NCBI GenBank assembly: GCA_943788915.1
Contig: CALSSD010000003.1
Span: 74,663 to 138,662 of the forward strand
Length of the DNA stretch: 64,000 nucleotides
Source of the DNA: an uncultured Acidimicrobiales bacterium
GTDB taxonomy: Bacteria; Actinomycetota; Acidimicrobiia; Acidimicrobiales; UBA10347
Reading direction: 5' to 3'
Shown here piece after piece: positions 10,468 through 20,693 of the stretch; the stretch's first letter is position 1; the number at the start of each line of letters is the position of its first letter. The notes beneath the pieces are model-generated. The model was not told the DNA's origin, did no database searches, and was given only the letters and a program-made list of their open reading frames with translations. The translations under genes were made by a program, and so were the position numbers.

Positions 10468-11001
10468 CTACACCGACCTACGGGCCAGGCGAGAGCTTTG
10501 CCTCAGGCGTCGAGGACGGTGGTTTGGCCTTGGGCCAAGTGGTGGTTCTTTTGACCACGGAAATTCGATCCACTTGTCGGTCCGTTTCCACACATAATCG
10601 CACTTGACGATCGACTGCGGCTTCTCGTAGACGACGGCGGTGCGCACTTCGGCCACCTTGCCTTCGCAGAACGACCGAACGAATTCGAGCGTGTGTCCCG
10701 TGTCTGCTACGTCGTCGGCGACCAGGATGCGAGCCGCATGTGTGTCTACGAAGTCAACGTACGGCGGAAGCTGAACAGGCACATCGAGCCGTTCATCAAC
10801 ACCGGTGTAAAATTCGACGTTCATAACGTAAAGGTTTTTGACGCCCAGCGCATATCCCAACGACCCGGCAACGAATAACCCACCTCGGGCGATCGCCAGG
10901 ATCATGTCGGGCCGATAGCCATCGTCGGCTACCTGTTGGGCCAACTCACGGACCGCAATGCCGTAGTTGGCAAACGTCAGATCTTCACGCTCTTCGCTCA
11001 T
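10468..11001 (-). CDS. Type I phosphoribosyltransferase (purine PRT-like)
   Basis: IARGGL, VADDVADTGHT PRPP-binding loop, WIEFPWS; the Arg-rich tail may be frameshifted (alternative frame ends ..VLDA* at 10503). Confidence 0.9.
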   Translation of the reverse strand: MSEEREDLTFANYGIAVRELAQQVADDGYRPDMILAIARGGLFVAGSLGYALGVKNLYVMNVEFYTGVDERLDVPVQLPPYVDFVDTHAARILVADDVADTGHTLEFVRSFCEGKVAEVRTAVVYEKPQSIVKCDYVWKRTDKWIEFPWSKEPPLGPRPNHRPRRLRQSSRLARRSV

Positions 11002-11049
11002 CAGATCAGACGATATCCGTTGGGAACATGTCCTGTTGGATTCCGATCG

Positions 11050-12582
11050 TTAGTGGCGGAAGTGGCGTCGGCCGGTGAAGACCATGGCCATACCCTGTTC
11101 GTTCGCAGCGGCGATCACTTCGTCGTCGCGAATTGACCCACCTGGCTGAACAACTGCAGTCGCTCCAGCAGAAGCGGCAGCATCGAGGCCGTCACGGAAT
11201 GGGAAGAACGCGTCACTCGCGCACGCGCCGCCAACAGCCCGGCCTGCAGCCTTTTCGGCAGCGATCTGACCTGCATCACGGCGATTCTGCTGCCCCGCTC
11301 CGATACCAACTGCTTGTCCGTCCTTGACCAGCACGATCGTGTTGCTGGTCACTCGGGCAGCGACTCGCCATGCGAAGACAAGGTCGACCATTTCTTGCTC
11401 AGTCGGCTCTCGTTCGGTGACGGTGCGCCATTCGCTCACGTCGTTCTGCAGTGAGTCGTCGTGTTGGACGAGCATGCCGCCAGCGATTGAACGCATCTGA
11501 AGCGGAAGCGGCGCCCACGCGACATCGCCGACTTCGACCAGCCGCAAGTTCTTCTTCGCCGAGAGAATTTCGAGTGCCTCAGCGTCGAAACCGGGCGCAA
11601 CCACGACTTCGGTGAACACCTGCGCTACTTCGGTGGCCATGGCCGCATTCACCGAACGGTTCGTGGCGACAATGCCGCCAAAGGCCGACACCGTGTCGCC
11701 ACCGTGTGCACGTGCATAGGCCTCGGCAATCGTTGCTCCGAGTGCGGCACCACACGGGTTCGCATGTTTCATCACCACCGCTGCTGGCCCATCGGCCCCA
11801 AGGCTGTTGACGAGATTCCAGGCTGCCTCGGTGTCATACACATTGAGATAGGACATCTCCTTGCCTTGGTGAATCGTTGCGCTGTCCCACCAGCCGCTGC
11901 CGTGAGTGAAACGATAACGAGCCCCTGTTTGATGCGGGTTCTCGCCGTAACGGAGATCGTGCACTCGGTCAAGGCTCAGATGTAGCGATTCCGGGAGCTC
12001 CCTGGCGCCCGTTTCGGAAACGGTGGCGGCAGGATCGGTCTCATCGAACCACGACACAATCGCAGCGTCGTATGCGGCCGTGTGCGCAAACGCTTTGCGA
12101 GCTAACGAGCGCCGATACAACGGCGTAAGTCCATCGTCTGACCGAAGCGCATCAAGTACCGGTTCGTAATCAGCGGGATCCACCACGATCGCGACCGCAT
12201 CATGATTCTTTGCAGCGGCCCGAACCATCGTCGGACCACCGATATCAATGTTCTCGATACCTGGCGCAGCAACGAACGGATACAGGTTGGTTACCACAAG
12301 GTCGATCGGCGTTATCTCGCGGTCAACAAGCTGCCGCATATGGTCGGGCTCACGGCGATTCGCCAGGATCCCACCGTGAATAACGGGATGAAGCGTCTTC
12401 ACCCTGCCATCGAGCATCTCATCAGCGCCGGTGACGTCGCTTACGGTGCGGGCGTCGAGCCCGGCAGCCGTCAGCGCAGCGTAGGTGCCACCGCTGCTCA
12501 CGAGCTCAAAGCCAAGCTCAGCCAGCCCTCGGGCGAACGGCACGAGGCCCGACTTGTCGCTTACGGAGAGCAATGCGCGCAC
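11050..12582 (-). CDS. purH: Bifunctional AICAR transformylase/IMP cyclohydrolase
   Basis: [69 protein letters not shown]. Confidence 0.98.
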   Translation of the reverse strand: MRALLSVSDKSGLVPFARGLAELGFELVSSGGTYAALTAAGLDARTVSDVTGADEMLDGRVKTLHPVIHGGILANRREPDHMRQLVDREITPIDLVVTNLYPFVAAPGIENIDIGGPTMVRAAAKNHDAVAIVVDPADYEPVLDALRSDDGLTPLYRRSLARKAFAHTAAYDAAIVSWFDETDPAATVSETGARELPESLHLSLDRVHDLRYGENPHQTGARYRFTHGSGWWDSATIHQGKEMSYLNVYDTEAAWNLVNSLGADGPAAVVMKHANPCGAALGATIAEAYARAHGGDTVSAFGGIVATNRSVNAAMATEVAQVFTEVVVAPGFDAEALEILSAKKNLRLVEVGDVAWAPLPLQMRSIAGGMLVQHDDSLQNDVSEWRTVTEREPTEQEMVDLVFAWRVAARVTSNTIVLVKDGQAVGIGAGQQNRRDAGQIAAEKAAGRAVGGACASDAFFPFRDGLDAAASAGATAVVQPGGSIRDDEVIAAANEQGMAMVFTGRRHFRH

Positions 12583-12680
12583 AGGGATCCTTGGAAGTTC
12601 GTCGACGGAGTCGTGACGACGCTAGCGCGATCGATCGGCCGAAGCAGACTTCGGCGAAGTGACTGGGTGGTGCAGTCGTT

Positions 12681-13298
12681 TTAGCCGCTTCGCGTCGAGC
12701 GCTTTAGCACGACCTCGTCGCCGGTGAGATCAATCAACAGCTCGCCTGTGGGGGTTTGGCCGATCAGGTCGATCACGTCGTCATCCATATCGTTGAAGCC
12801 AGCAAGATGCACGATCGCATCGGCTGGCTTGTTGACGGCGGTCCCGCCTTGGCGAGCCTCATGGCGCAACTTCCGACTCTTGGCGACGACTCCACCGGTC
12901 GCTGCAACAAACAACACTAATACGCACATCACGAGGCCGAGTCGCATTCCGCTTGGCATCTCGCCCGCTGCGAACCACAGATAGGCATACGGGGCAAAGA
13001 ACATGGCGACGGCAGTTGCGAGCGGCCCAGGCAGCCGAGACCAGTCGCCATTCGCAACCCGCTTACACACCACTGCGACTGCTTTGCCGCATGGCCATGC
13101 CGAACCAACGTCGATCAGCCCGAAGATCCAGACGTTCACGCCGTGATCAGCGAACGCACCCCAGGCAATGAAGAATCGCACGAGGGAGTAACCGACAACC
13201 GACCAGATCCAGGTCTGTTCGATAAGACGGCCGCGGTCACGTTTACCCGGCTGAGCCGCGCCAGCTGCTTCGACAGAGGGAGCCGTTGCCGATGCCAT
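12681..13298 (-). CDS. Hypothetical integral membrane protein (~4 TM) with an acidic 'IDL' tail
   Basis: 205-aa ORF with four hydrophobic segments; C-terminus DDVIDLIG..LLIDLTG. Confidence 0.7.
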   Translation of the reverse strand: MASATAPSVEAAGAAQPGKRDRGRLIEQTWIWSVVGYSLVRFFIAWGAFADHGVNVWIFGLIDVGSAWPCGKAVAVVCKRVANGDWSRLPGPLATAVAMFFAPYAYLWFAAGEMPSGMRLGLVMCVLVLFVAATGGVVAKSRKLRHEARQGGTAVNKPADAIVHLAGFNDMDDDVIDLIGQTPTGELLIDLTGDEVVLKRSTRSG

Positions 13299-13709
13299 AC
13301 CGTCAGACTACACACACGCTGCGTGGCCGTAAAGCCACGCAACGCCTAAAAGGCCTGCCGTAACGTGGGCATCTCGTCTCAGCTATGGCCTTGTTTGACG
13401 AATCGGCCGCTTTTCCATCTATCTCGGCCCCCAAAGTGCTGTTCCCGGCACACAAGGTGCCGGGAACGACGATCTGGCCAGACTTCTCAAGGGTCAGAGA
13501 ATCTTGAACCCTTAGGCCATCTGACCTCATGCAATGAGGTGAAAATCACCTGTCACGTTGCAATCCGCCCAGTGCGACCGTCACCCCATCGGAGCGTTGG
13601 CGGGTTGGATAGACGATGCGACCAGAAGCAACAAACCGGCTGCGTGCCAACGCCTCGTGCGCAGCAACGCAAGCCCGGAGTTACCACCCAGCAAGAGTCG
13701 GAAGCGAGC

Positions 13710-13731
13710 CGCCGCCTCATTCGAGGCGGCG
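13710..13731 (-). terminator. GC-rich hairpin just after the sucD stop
   Basis: CGCCGCCTC-attc-GAGGCGGCG. Confidence 0.55.
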
Positions 13732-13738
13732 AGCAGTA

Positions 13739-14623
13739 TTACAGCCCAGCGACGATCTCTGCCATGAGCTCGCCCGCTTCGGTCGGGTTGAGCCCGACCT
13801 TCACGCCTGCGTCGCGCAGTGCTTCCATCTTGGCGTCGGCGGTGCCTTTACCCCCGGAGACGATGGCGCCTGCGTGGCCCATCTTCTTTCCCGGAGGTGC
13901 GGTCACGCCTGCGACATAGCTGGAGACGGGTTTGGTCACGTGGTTCTTGATGAACTCCGCGGCTTCCTCTTCGGCCGAACCACCAATTTCACCGATCATC
14001 ATGATCGCTTTGGTTTCAGGGTCAGCTTCGAAGGCTGCGAGGCAGTCGATGAAACTGGTGCCAGGAACAGGGTCGCCACCGATACCAACACACGTGGTGA
14101 CGCCGATGTCCTTCTGCTGCAGTTCGTACAGCGCCTGGTAGGTCAACGTTCCTGACCGACTCACGATGCCGACGGGGCCGCCAGGTTTGGCGATGTGACC
14201 AGCGGTGATTCCGATGTTGCACTTTCCTGGGCTGATGATGCCAGGACAGTTCGGGCCGAGCAGCTGCACGTCTGGGAAGTCGCGCTGGAGCTTGTTGAAG
14301 AACCATGCTTCGTCGTGGGCTGGCACACCTTCGGTGATGGCCACAATGAATGTGATGCCACCCTCGGCGGCCTCCATGACTGCGTCCTTCACACCTGGTG
14401 CGGGGATAAAGATACAGCTTGCGGTTGCGCCGGTCGCTTCGACGGCCTCGGCCACCGATGCGTACACCGGCACACCGTTGACATCGGTGCCAGCCTTGGT
14501 TGGATGGGTGCCGGCGACTACCTGGGTGCCGTATTCAGCGTTCAAGCCGCCGTAGTAGCTGCCCTGTCGGCCGGTCAGACCCTGGTAGATGACCTTGGTG
14601 TTTTCGTCTACAAAAATTGCCAT
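13739..14623 (-). CDS. sucD: Succinyl-CoA synthetase alpha subunit
   Basis: QGLTG, GPNCPG, SRSGTLTY, GIGGDP, MGHAGA (phospho-His). Confidence 0.98.
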   Translation of the reverse strand: MAIFVDENTKVIYQGLTGRQGSYYGGLNAEYGTQVVAGTHPTKAGTDVNGVPVYASVAEAVEATGATASCIFIPAPGVKDAVMEAAEGGITFIVAITEGVPAHDEAWFFNKLQRDFPDVQLLGPNCPGIISPGKCNIGITAGHIAKPGGPVGIVSRSGTLTYQALYELQQKDIGVTTCVGIGGDPVPGTSFIDCLAAFEADPETKAIMMIGEIGGSAEEEAAEFIKNHVTKPVSSYVAGVTAPPGKKMGHAGAIVSGGKGTADAKMEALRDAGVKVGLNPTEAGELMAEIVAGL

Positions 14624-14636
14624 TGTTCGATCCCTC

Positions 14637-15779
14637 TCAGCGTGCAGCCAGCTCGGAAGCCTTGCGGGCTGCGTCGAGCATCGTGGTTTCCATCATCAAC
14701 ATGTCGTTCAGTTCGGGCGCAAGGATGGCCCGGCCTTCGTCGGCGTTCGTGCCGTCGAGTCGGATCACGATTGGCGAGTCGATCTTGACCCGTTTCATGG
14801 CTTCGAGAATGCCGTTGGCGACTTCTTCGCCTCGGGTGATACCACCGAAGATATTGATGAAGATGGACTTGACGTTCTTGTCATCGTTGATGACCTGAAG
14901 TGCACCCGACATGACGTCGGCGTTTGCGCCGCCGCCGATGTCCAGGAAGTTGGCTGGTTTGCCGCCAACCTGGTTGATCACATCGAGTGTGCTCATGGCC
15001 AGGCCTGCGCCGTTGGCGATAACGCCGACTGTGCCGTCGAGGCCGACGTACTGCAGTCCCTTGGCGTGAGCGGCTTCTTCGCGCTCATCACGGGTCTGTG
15101 TCTCGTCGTATTGGGCATAGTCAGGATGACGGAACTCAGCGTTGCCGTCGAGCGTGACCTTTGAGTCGAGTACGTGGACCTTGCCCTCGGGCGTGAGGAT
15201 CAGCGGGTTGATCTCTACGAGGTCAGCGTCGCCTTCGACGTAACTGGTGTACAGCTGCTTGGCAATGGCGATTGCGCCGTCGCGAGCATCGGGGTTCAGG
15301 TTTGCGCCGTCGACCCATTGCGCAGCAACTTCGTCGGTGAGACCGTCGACCGGGTCAACCCAGATCTTGCTGATCTTCTCGGGGGTAGAGGCAGCAACTT
15401 CTTCGATGTCCATGCCACCTTCGGCACTGAGCATGCCCAAGTGCTTCTTTGCAGCACGGTCAAGCGTGAAACTCATGTAGTACTCCTCGGCGATATCCGA
15501 GGCAGCTTCGATCCACAGCCGTTCGACGATGTGGCCCTTGATGTCGAGGCCGAGGATGTTGGTTGCGTGCTCGCGCACTGCATCCATGTCGGGTGCGAAC
15601 TTGATGCCGCCCAACTTGCCTCGACCGCCGGTCAGCACTTGTGACTTCACCATCACGGGAGTGCCGAGGCGCTCGGCCGCAGCCATCGCTTCGTCGACGG
15701 TAAAGGCCACTTCGCCTGCCGAAATTGGCATGCCGTATTGGGCGAAGAATTGTTTGCCCTGATACTCGAACAGATCCAC
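14637..15779 (-). CDS. sucC: Succinyl-CoA synthetase beta subunit
   Basis: (M)DLFEYQGK start at GTG 15779 with AAGGAG RBS; GGRGKLGG, EINPL, NGAGLAM, NFLDIGGGA, NIFGGI, RLDGTN. Confidence 0.98.
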   Translation of the reverse strand: MDLFEYQGKQFFAQYGMPISAGEVAFTVDEAMAAAERLGTPVMVKSQVLTGGRGKLGGIKFAPDMDAVREHATNILGLDIKGHIVERLWIEAASDIAEEYYMSFTLDRAAKKHLGMLSAEGGMDIEEVAASTPEKISKIWVDPVDGLTDEVAAQWVDGANLNPDARDGAIAIAKQLYTSYVEGDADLVEINPLILTPEGKVHVLDSKVTLDGNAEFRHPDYAQYDETQTRDEREEAAHAKGLQYVGLDGTVGVIANGAGLAMSTLDVINQVGGKPANFLDIGGGANADVMSGALQVINDDKNVKSIFINIFGGITRGEEVANGILEAMKRVKIDSPIVIRLDGTNADEGRAILAPELNDMLMMETTMLDAARKASELAAR

Positions 15780-15930
15780 CACAGCTCCTTTGGCAAGGGG
15801 TTGGAAAACGCGCGTCGCCGGGTGGGAGGTGGCGAGGCGCCGACGTGATCCTAGTTTCGCCCCGACACAACTCCCGCAATGGGCCGACGAACTTTCCTGA
15901 GATCGGAGCTGCGGGTCAGCCAGATAGCTT

Positions 15931-16437
15931 GTGACCGTGCCAGTAGAACAGAGAGATCCAAAGCAAACAGTCAAGGCTGTAACCCTGGGAATTGCGGCTG
16001 TCGGCGCTGCCGTAGGTTTCCTGCTTCTCGTCCTGTGGTTCACCGACCGGGGCGCTGTCGAGATCGCTTTAGGCGACGACACCTTCGAAGCTGGTCGGGT
16101 CGACATCATCGCGGAGGAGATTCGAGAGAACGGCCCGATCAAGTACGCAGACCTCATCGGCGGTCGCCAGAACATCATCTTGCAGCACCTTGGCGACGAT
16201 GACCAGGTCGGCTGGTATGCCTTTGACCTGATCCGCCCTGGCCAGGCAAACGAGTGCCAACTCGATTGGATCGACGCGGCCCAAGAGTTCCGTGACTCCT
16301 GCGACGGCACCTCGGTCCCACCCACCGGTTTCGGTCAGCCTGACTATCCGGTTGAGATCGAAGAAGGCCGTATCTCGATCGACTTCCGCGCCCAAGACAT
16401 CGACCTGGCCGACAGCGAATCACAATCCGACGAGTAG
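15931..16437 (+). CDS. Membrane-anchored hypothetical protein with a degenerate Rieske-like C-terminus
   Basis: N-terminal TM; ECQLDW..EFRDSCDG..G..YPVEIEEGRISIDF resembles the Rieske C-terminal pattern but without His ligands. Confidence 0.65.
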   Translation: MTVPVEQRDPKQTVKAVTLGIAAVGAAVGFLLLVLWFTDRGAVEIALGDDTFEAGRVDIIAEEIRENGPIKYADLIGGRQNIILQHLGDDDQVGWYAFDLIRPGQANECQLDWIDAAQEFRDSCDGTSVPPTGFGQPDYPVEIEEGRISIDFRAQDIDLADSESQSDE

Positions 16438-16786
16438 CCGCCTGAAGGCGCACTAGCTGAGATGGAACAAGTGGCGACACTCGGATAGCACTGTTGTCCG
16501 TCTCCGGCCATCGGACTCCTTCAGCGGAAGCGCTCAGGCGGAGAAAGTGCATCCGTGGATTGAAGTTGCACTGCCCGCCCTCTCGAGGGCCCGAGATCAA
16601 CGCCAGCCAACCTTGAGCCCGCCCGCCTGGATCCCGAGTTGACGTCTCGGCAATGGGTCGGGGAACCCCAGAGGCCACAGGCACCTGAGCCCTACCGGCA
16701 GAATCCACCAGCTAGTTGCCTCCATCGGCCACCTTGATCGTCCAATGGACTTTGGTCTCTGGCTACCTGAACAACGGTTGAGGACT

Positions 16787-19052
16787 ATGCACCTCATGAA
16801 CGTAATTCTCAGGTTATTGATGGTTGCGCTCGGCCTCTCTCTGGCTGCGCGACGGCGGACGTTGACATGACGCCGACAGCGGGCGCACCCACATCGGTCC
16901 CCGATGATGCGCCGGACGACTCCGTCCCCGACGAGACTCTAGAAACCGATGCATCAGGTCCGGTTCGCGCCATCGACGGCGCTGGCCTTCCGATACATAC
17001 CCGATGGAAGTGTCGGACTCTCCCAATGGCTTGGCCGTCTCCGACGAGGCCATCTGGGTCTCCAACGGCCACGCCGACACCGTGTCCCGGATTGACCGGG
17101 TGGACGGCGAAGTGGCGGTAACAACAGTCGGTGACAATCCTGTCGGCCTCGTAGCAGGGTTTGGGGCCATCTGGGTCTCGAACAGCTCCGACGATACGAT
17201 TTCGCGGATCGACGCCGTGACCCTGACGGTGACCGACACGATCGCCGTAGGTCGTCGCCCGGCAGGCATTGCTGTCTCAGCAGACGCACTCTGGGTTGTC
17301 GCCGAGCGCGACGACACCATCTCACGCATCGACCCGACCACCCGACAAGTCACCGACGTAATCGATGTCGCTCGGGGCCTCTCAGGTCTCGCCGCGACCG
17401 ACGATGCTGTCTGGGTGGCCAGTACTGACGATGACAGCGTGTCTCAAATCGACCTTGCGACCCGCAGCGTCACCGACGCGATCACCGTCGATGGTGATCC
17501 ACGCGATGTCGTAGCGACCGCTGAAGCCATCTGGGTGGCCAGCGACGAGGAGACCGTCATCAGGATCGACACACAGGCACGGACGGTGACTGGCATCGTC
17601 TCCTTCGATCCCTTCGATGGCGACGTGCGTCTTGGACACTCCGACGGCGACCCGTAGGTCGTCGGGACAAATTCGGTGTCGCGAATCGATCCAGTCAGCC
17701 TCGAAGTGGCGTTGACCGTCCCCGTTGATAGAGCGGCCGCAGTGGCTCTCTCCCAAGGATCGTTGTGGGTGGTGACGCTGCCAGAAAGTTATGGCACGGC
17801 GTACCTCGCTGGGCAAGAACCGGCCGAAATCGACACCACCGGCGCGCTGAGACGCATCAATGCGGCGTCCCTCGCAATCACTCTGCGGGGACACGTGCTC
17901 AACGCGATCGACGATTCGCCGCTGCCCGGTGTCGTCGTCGTGGCATGCCTGCAGACCTCCCCAGGCACATGCGTAATCGCCACCCAGACCATGACCGACG
18001 CTCACGGTGCGTTCGCCGCACCGGTCGCTGGCCCTGGGAAGTACGTCATCCTCTACGGCCTCGACGGTTCACGACCGAACTGGGATGGCATGGAGTTCTC
18101 CTACCAGACCAGAGGCAGCGATCCGCCGGCCACTCTGACCGAGTTTTATGGCGACATCGAAACGCTCGAGACTCCATTCGTGAGAACCAGCCTCGACGAG
18201 GACGGCCCGATCGCCTTCAGCGGCTACTTCTACTCTGGGGATCTCGGTCTCGGCTCTGTGTGGGTCGACAGCGAGCCGGTCGGGGTTACCGTGGCGCCGG
18301 CCGGCGGGTTCATCGACCTCCGTGTGTGGGACCGTGTCGCGACGCCCGAGGAGTTCGAACCAGTGGTGACCTCGACCGACGAGCCAGGCGACAACGACGA
18401 CGGACCGGCGGCTGATTTCTAGGAACCATCGGCCGCACCCACCACAGCGTTCGTCCGAGACGACTTCGACGGCCCGCTCGATCCCGACTGGGAATGGCTC
18501 AATGAGGACCCGACTCGATGGAGCCTGGACGAGGTGCCATGGTCGATTTCGATCGTCGCCCAGGACGTCGGGCCCGATGGCACGCACAACATGCTCGTTC
18601 GGTCAATCCCCAAGCGCTTCGACCCCGATGCCTTCCTCACCGTCTCGACGCGGGTCGCGTTCGATCCAACGAGCAACTTCCAATTCGCCGGACTGATGAT
18701 CGGCGGAGCAGATCCCGACGTCGACCGCCTCCAACTCGGGCGCTCCTACTGCGATGTCGACGTGTGCGCCCTCGGCGGTCTCTACTTCGACCGCATCGAA
18801 AGCGGCAATTTCGTCGGAGATAACTATGCACTCCCCTTCGAGAACGCACCCGGGTTGTTAATCCAGCTCGCCGCCCGGGAGTTCTCCCCCGGTGAATGGG
18901 TCGTACTCGGCGCCTACAGCTTCGATGGCGAAGACTGGATTCCCGCAGGTGAGCACTTCGTCGACTTCGAACCACAGCTTGTCGGGTTGATCGCAGGCCA
19001 GGCACCCGACGAGCTTTTGGCCTCGTTCGAGTTCTTCGAACTCGAGATGTAG
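16787..19052 (+). pseudogene. Disrupted lipoprotein: signal/lipobox, Vgb/YVTN-type beta-propeller, carboxypeptidase-regulatory-like domain, ConA-like (GH43 C-terminal/DUF1349-type) domain
   Basis: ATG 16787 MHLMNVILRLLMVALGLSL..C; frameshifts near 16845 and 16995; repeats (A)IWV....DTVSRID; ORFs 17004-17657, 17676-18422 and 18534-19052 share one frame and are separated by single TAGs; last domain RDDFDGPLDPDWEWLNEDPTRWSL..FQFAGL..YSFDGEDW. Confidence 0.75.
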
Positions 19053-19323
19053 ACTGCTCCGCCAATCTCCCTCCCCGGAACAACTTGGAGGGGGCCGGGT
19101 GGCAAGTCGACACGACCCGGCTTGCGCACAATCGGGCACCCAGCCGGCACCAACGCGGCGTCAGCCCGCTCACCACAGCAACTCAGAACACCACCTTTCG
19201 AGACCCGGTCTGCACGGACTACGGAAGCGGCGACCTGTTGGAATAGGACCATGACGCCACCTGCCCGGCCTCGAACGATTCGACGCTGGCTGCTGCTCGT
19301 TTCAGTGCGTCTACCATCGGTTT

Positions 19324-20079
19324 ATGACAGAGGTGTTCCATCTTGATCTGACTCGCGACATGTTGGGCGGCGCCACAATGGCAATCGTGCCCGGTGACCC
19401 AGCGCGACCCGAGTCCATAGCGAAGGGCATGGACAACCCGGTCTTCTTGGCCAGCAAACGCGAGTTCACCAGCTGGCTTGGCTATATCGACGGCACACCC
19501 GTCGTCGTGTGTTCCACAGGAATTGGTGGACCGTCGACATCGATCGTGGTAGAAGAGCTTGCCCAGCTCGGGGTACGCACCTTCTTACGAGTGGGCACGA
19601 CCGGGGCGATTCAGCCAGACATCGGCGTTGGCGATGTGGTCGTAACCCAGGCTGCTGTCCGACTCGATGGAGCCAGCGGCCATTTCGCCCCTCTCGAATA
19701 TCCGGCAGCGTCAGACTTCGCGTGCACCTCTGCGTTAGTCCACGCAGCGGCCGAGTTGGGGCTCCCCCATCACGTGGGCATCACCGCATCGTCGGACACC
19801 TTCTACCCAGGCCAAGAACGTTACGACACAGTGTCGCAGCAGGTGCTCCCCCGCTTCCGCGGAAGCGCCGACGAATGGCAACGACTCGGCGTGCTCAACT
19901 ATGAGATGGAGTCAGCCACGTTGTTCACCATGTGTGCATCGCACGGATGGCGAGCCGGTTGTGTTGCTGGCGTGTTGGTCAACCGACACCAACAAGAGAC
20001 ACCCGACGAGGCCACCATCGAATCGGCCGAAGCGAACGCTGTCGCCGTTGTGCTGGCTGCCGCTCGCAACTTGGTATGA
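19324..20079 (+). CDS. udp: Uridine phosphorylase
   Basis: [58 protein letters not shown]. Confidence 0.96.
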   Translation: MTEVFHLDLTRDMLGGATMAIVPGDPARPESIAKGMDNPVFLASKREFTSWLGYIDGTPVVVCSTGIGGPSTSIVVEELAQLGVRTFLRVGTTGAIQPDIGVGDVVVTQAAVRLDGASGHFAPLEYPAASDFACTSALVHAAAELGLPHHVGITASSDTFYPGQERYDTVSQQVLPRFRGSADEWQRLGVLNYEMESATLFTMCASHGWRAGCVAGVLVNRHQQETPDEATIESAEANAVAVVLAAARNLV

Positions 20080-20624
20080 CCGAGGAACACCATCCGTGGA
20101 CGACCCGGTCGTGCGATGTTGTGTATGACAACCCTTGGATCGAAGTCTCGCACCACGAGGTCACGACGCCGACGGGGAGCGACGGCGTCTACGGGGTGGT
20201 CCGCTTCAAGAACTTCGCCATCGCGGTTGTCCCGATCGATGAATACGACCACACCTGGCTTGTTGGTCAATACCGCTATGCGACAGATCACTACACCTGG
20301 GAAGTCCCCGAAGGTGGTGGGCCGCTCGATGAGAGTCCGGCCGAAGCCGCTCGGCGTGAGCTTCGCGAAGAATGTGGCCTGTTGGCCCAGAATCTCGAGC
20401 TGTTAATGACAGCCGAACTAAGTAACTCAGTGACCGACGAGCGGGCCCACATCTATGTAGCTACTGAGCTCACCGCAGTGAATTCCGACCCCGACGACAC
20501 CGAAGTTTTGGAGCTACGGCGACTGCCCGTCGACGATGCGATCGCCATGGCAATGAACGGCGAGATCACCGACGCCCTCTCGCTGATTGCACTCCTGCGG
20601 CTAGCGGCCGAGCGGCGAACCTGA
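20076..20624 (+). CDS. NUDIX hydrolase (ADP-ribose pyrophosphatase-like)
   Basis: QYRY, Nudix box [31 protein letters not shown] overlap with the udp stop. Confidence 0.92.
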   Translation: MTEEHHPWTTRSCDVVYDNPWIEVSHHEVTTPTGSDGVYGVVRFKNFAIAVVPIDEYDHTWLVGQYRYATDHYTWEVPEGGGPLDESPAEAARRELREECGLLAQNLELLMTAELSNSVTDERAHIYVATELTAVNSDPDDTEVLELRRLPVDDAIAMAMNGEITDALSLIALLRLAAERRT

Positions 20625-20693
20625 ACAACGGTCTCCTCAACAAACGGTCTCGTCGTCTGGGCCACGGCACGGGACGGCGCGTAATGTGCGGGC

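Noticed and set aside
12583..12680. ZMP/ZTP riboswitch before purH
   Set aside because: Only a GCCGAAG/CTTCGGC hairpin; the GACUGGCG and GCCUGGG consensus elements are absent
14637..16325. SucC with a 180-aa N-terminal extension
   Set aside because: The real start is GTG 15779 with an RBS; the extension is antisense to gene 15931-16437
17655..18422. Amber recoding (pyrrolysine or alternative genetic code) of the two in-frame TAGs
   Set aside because: TAG terminates many normal genes here (e.g. 10409, 16437, 21497), no pyl genes are in the window, the first TAG replaces a conserved Trp and the gene also has frameshifts; pseudogenisation is simpler
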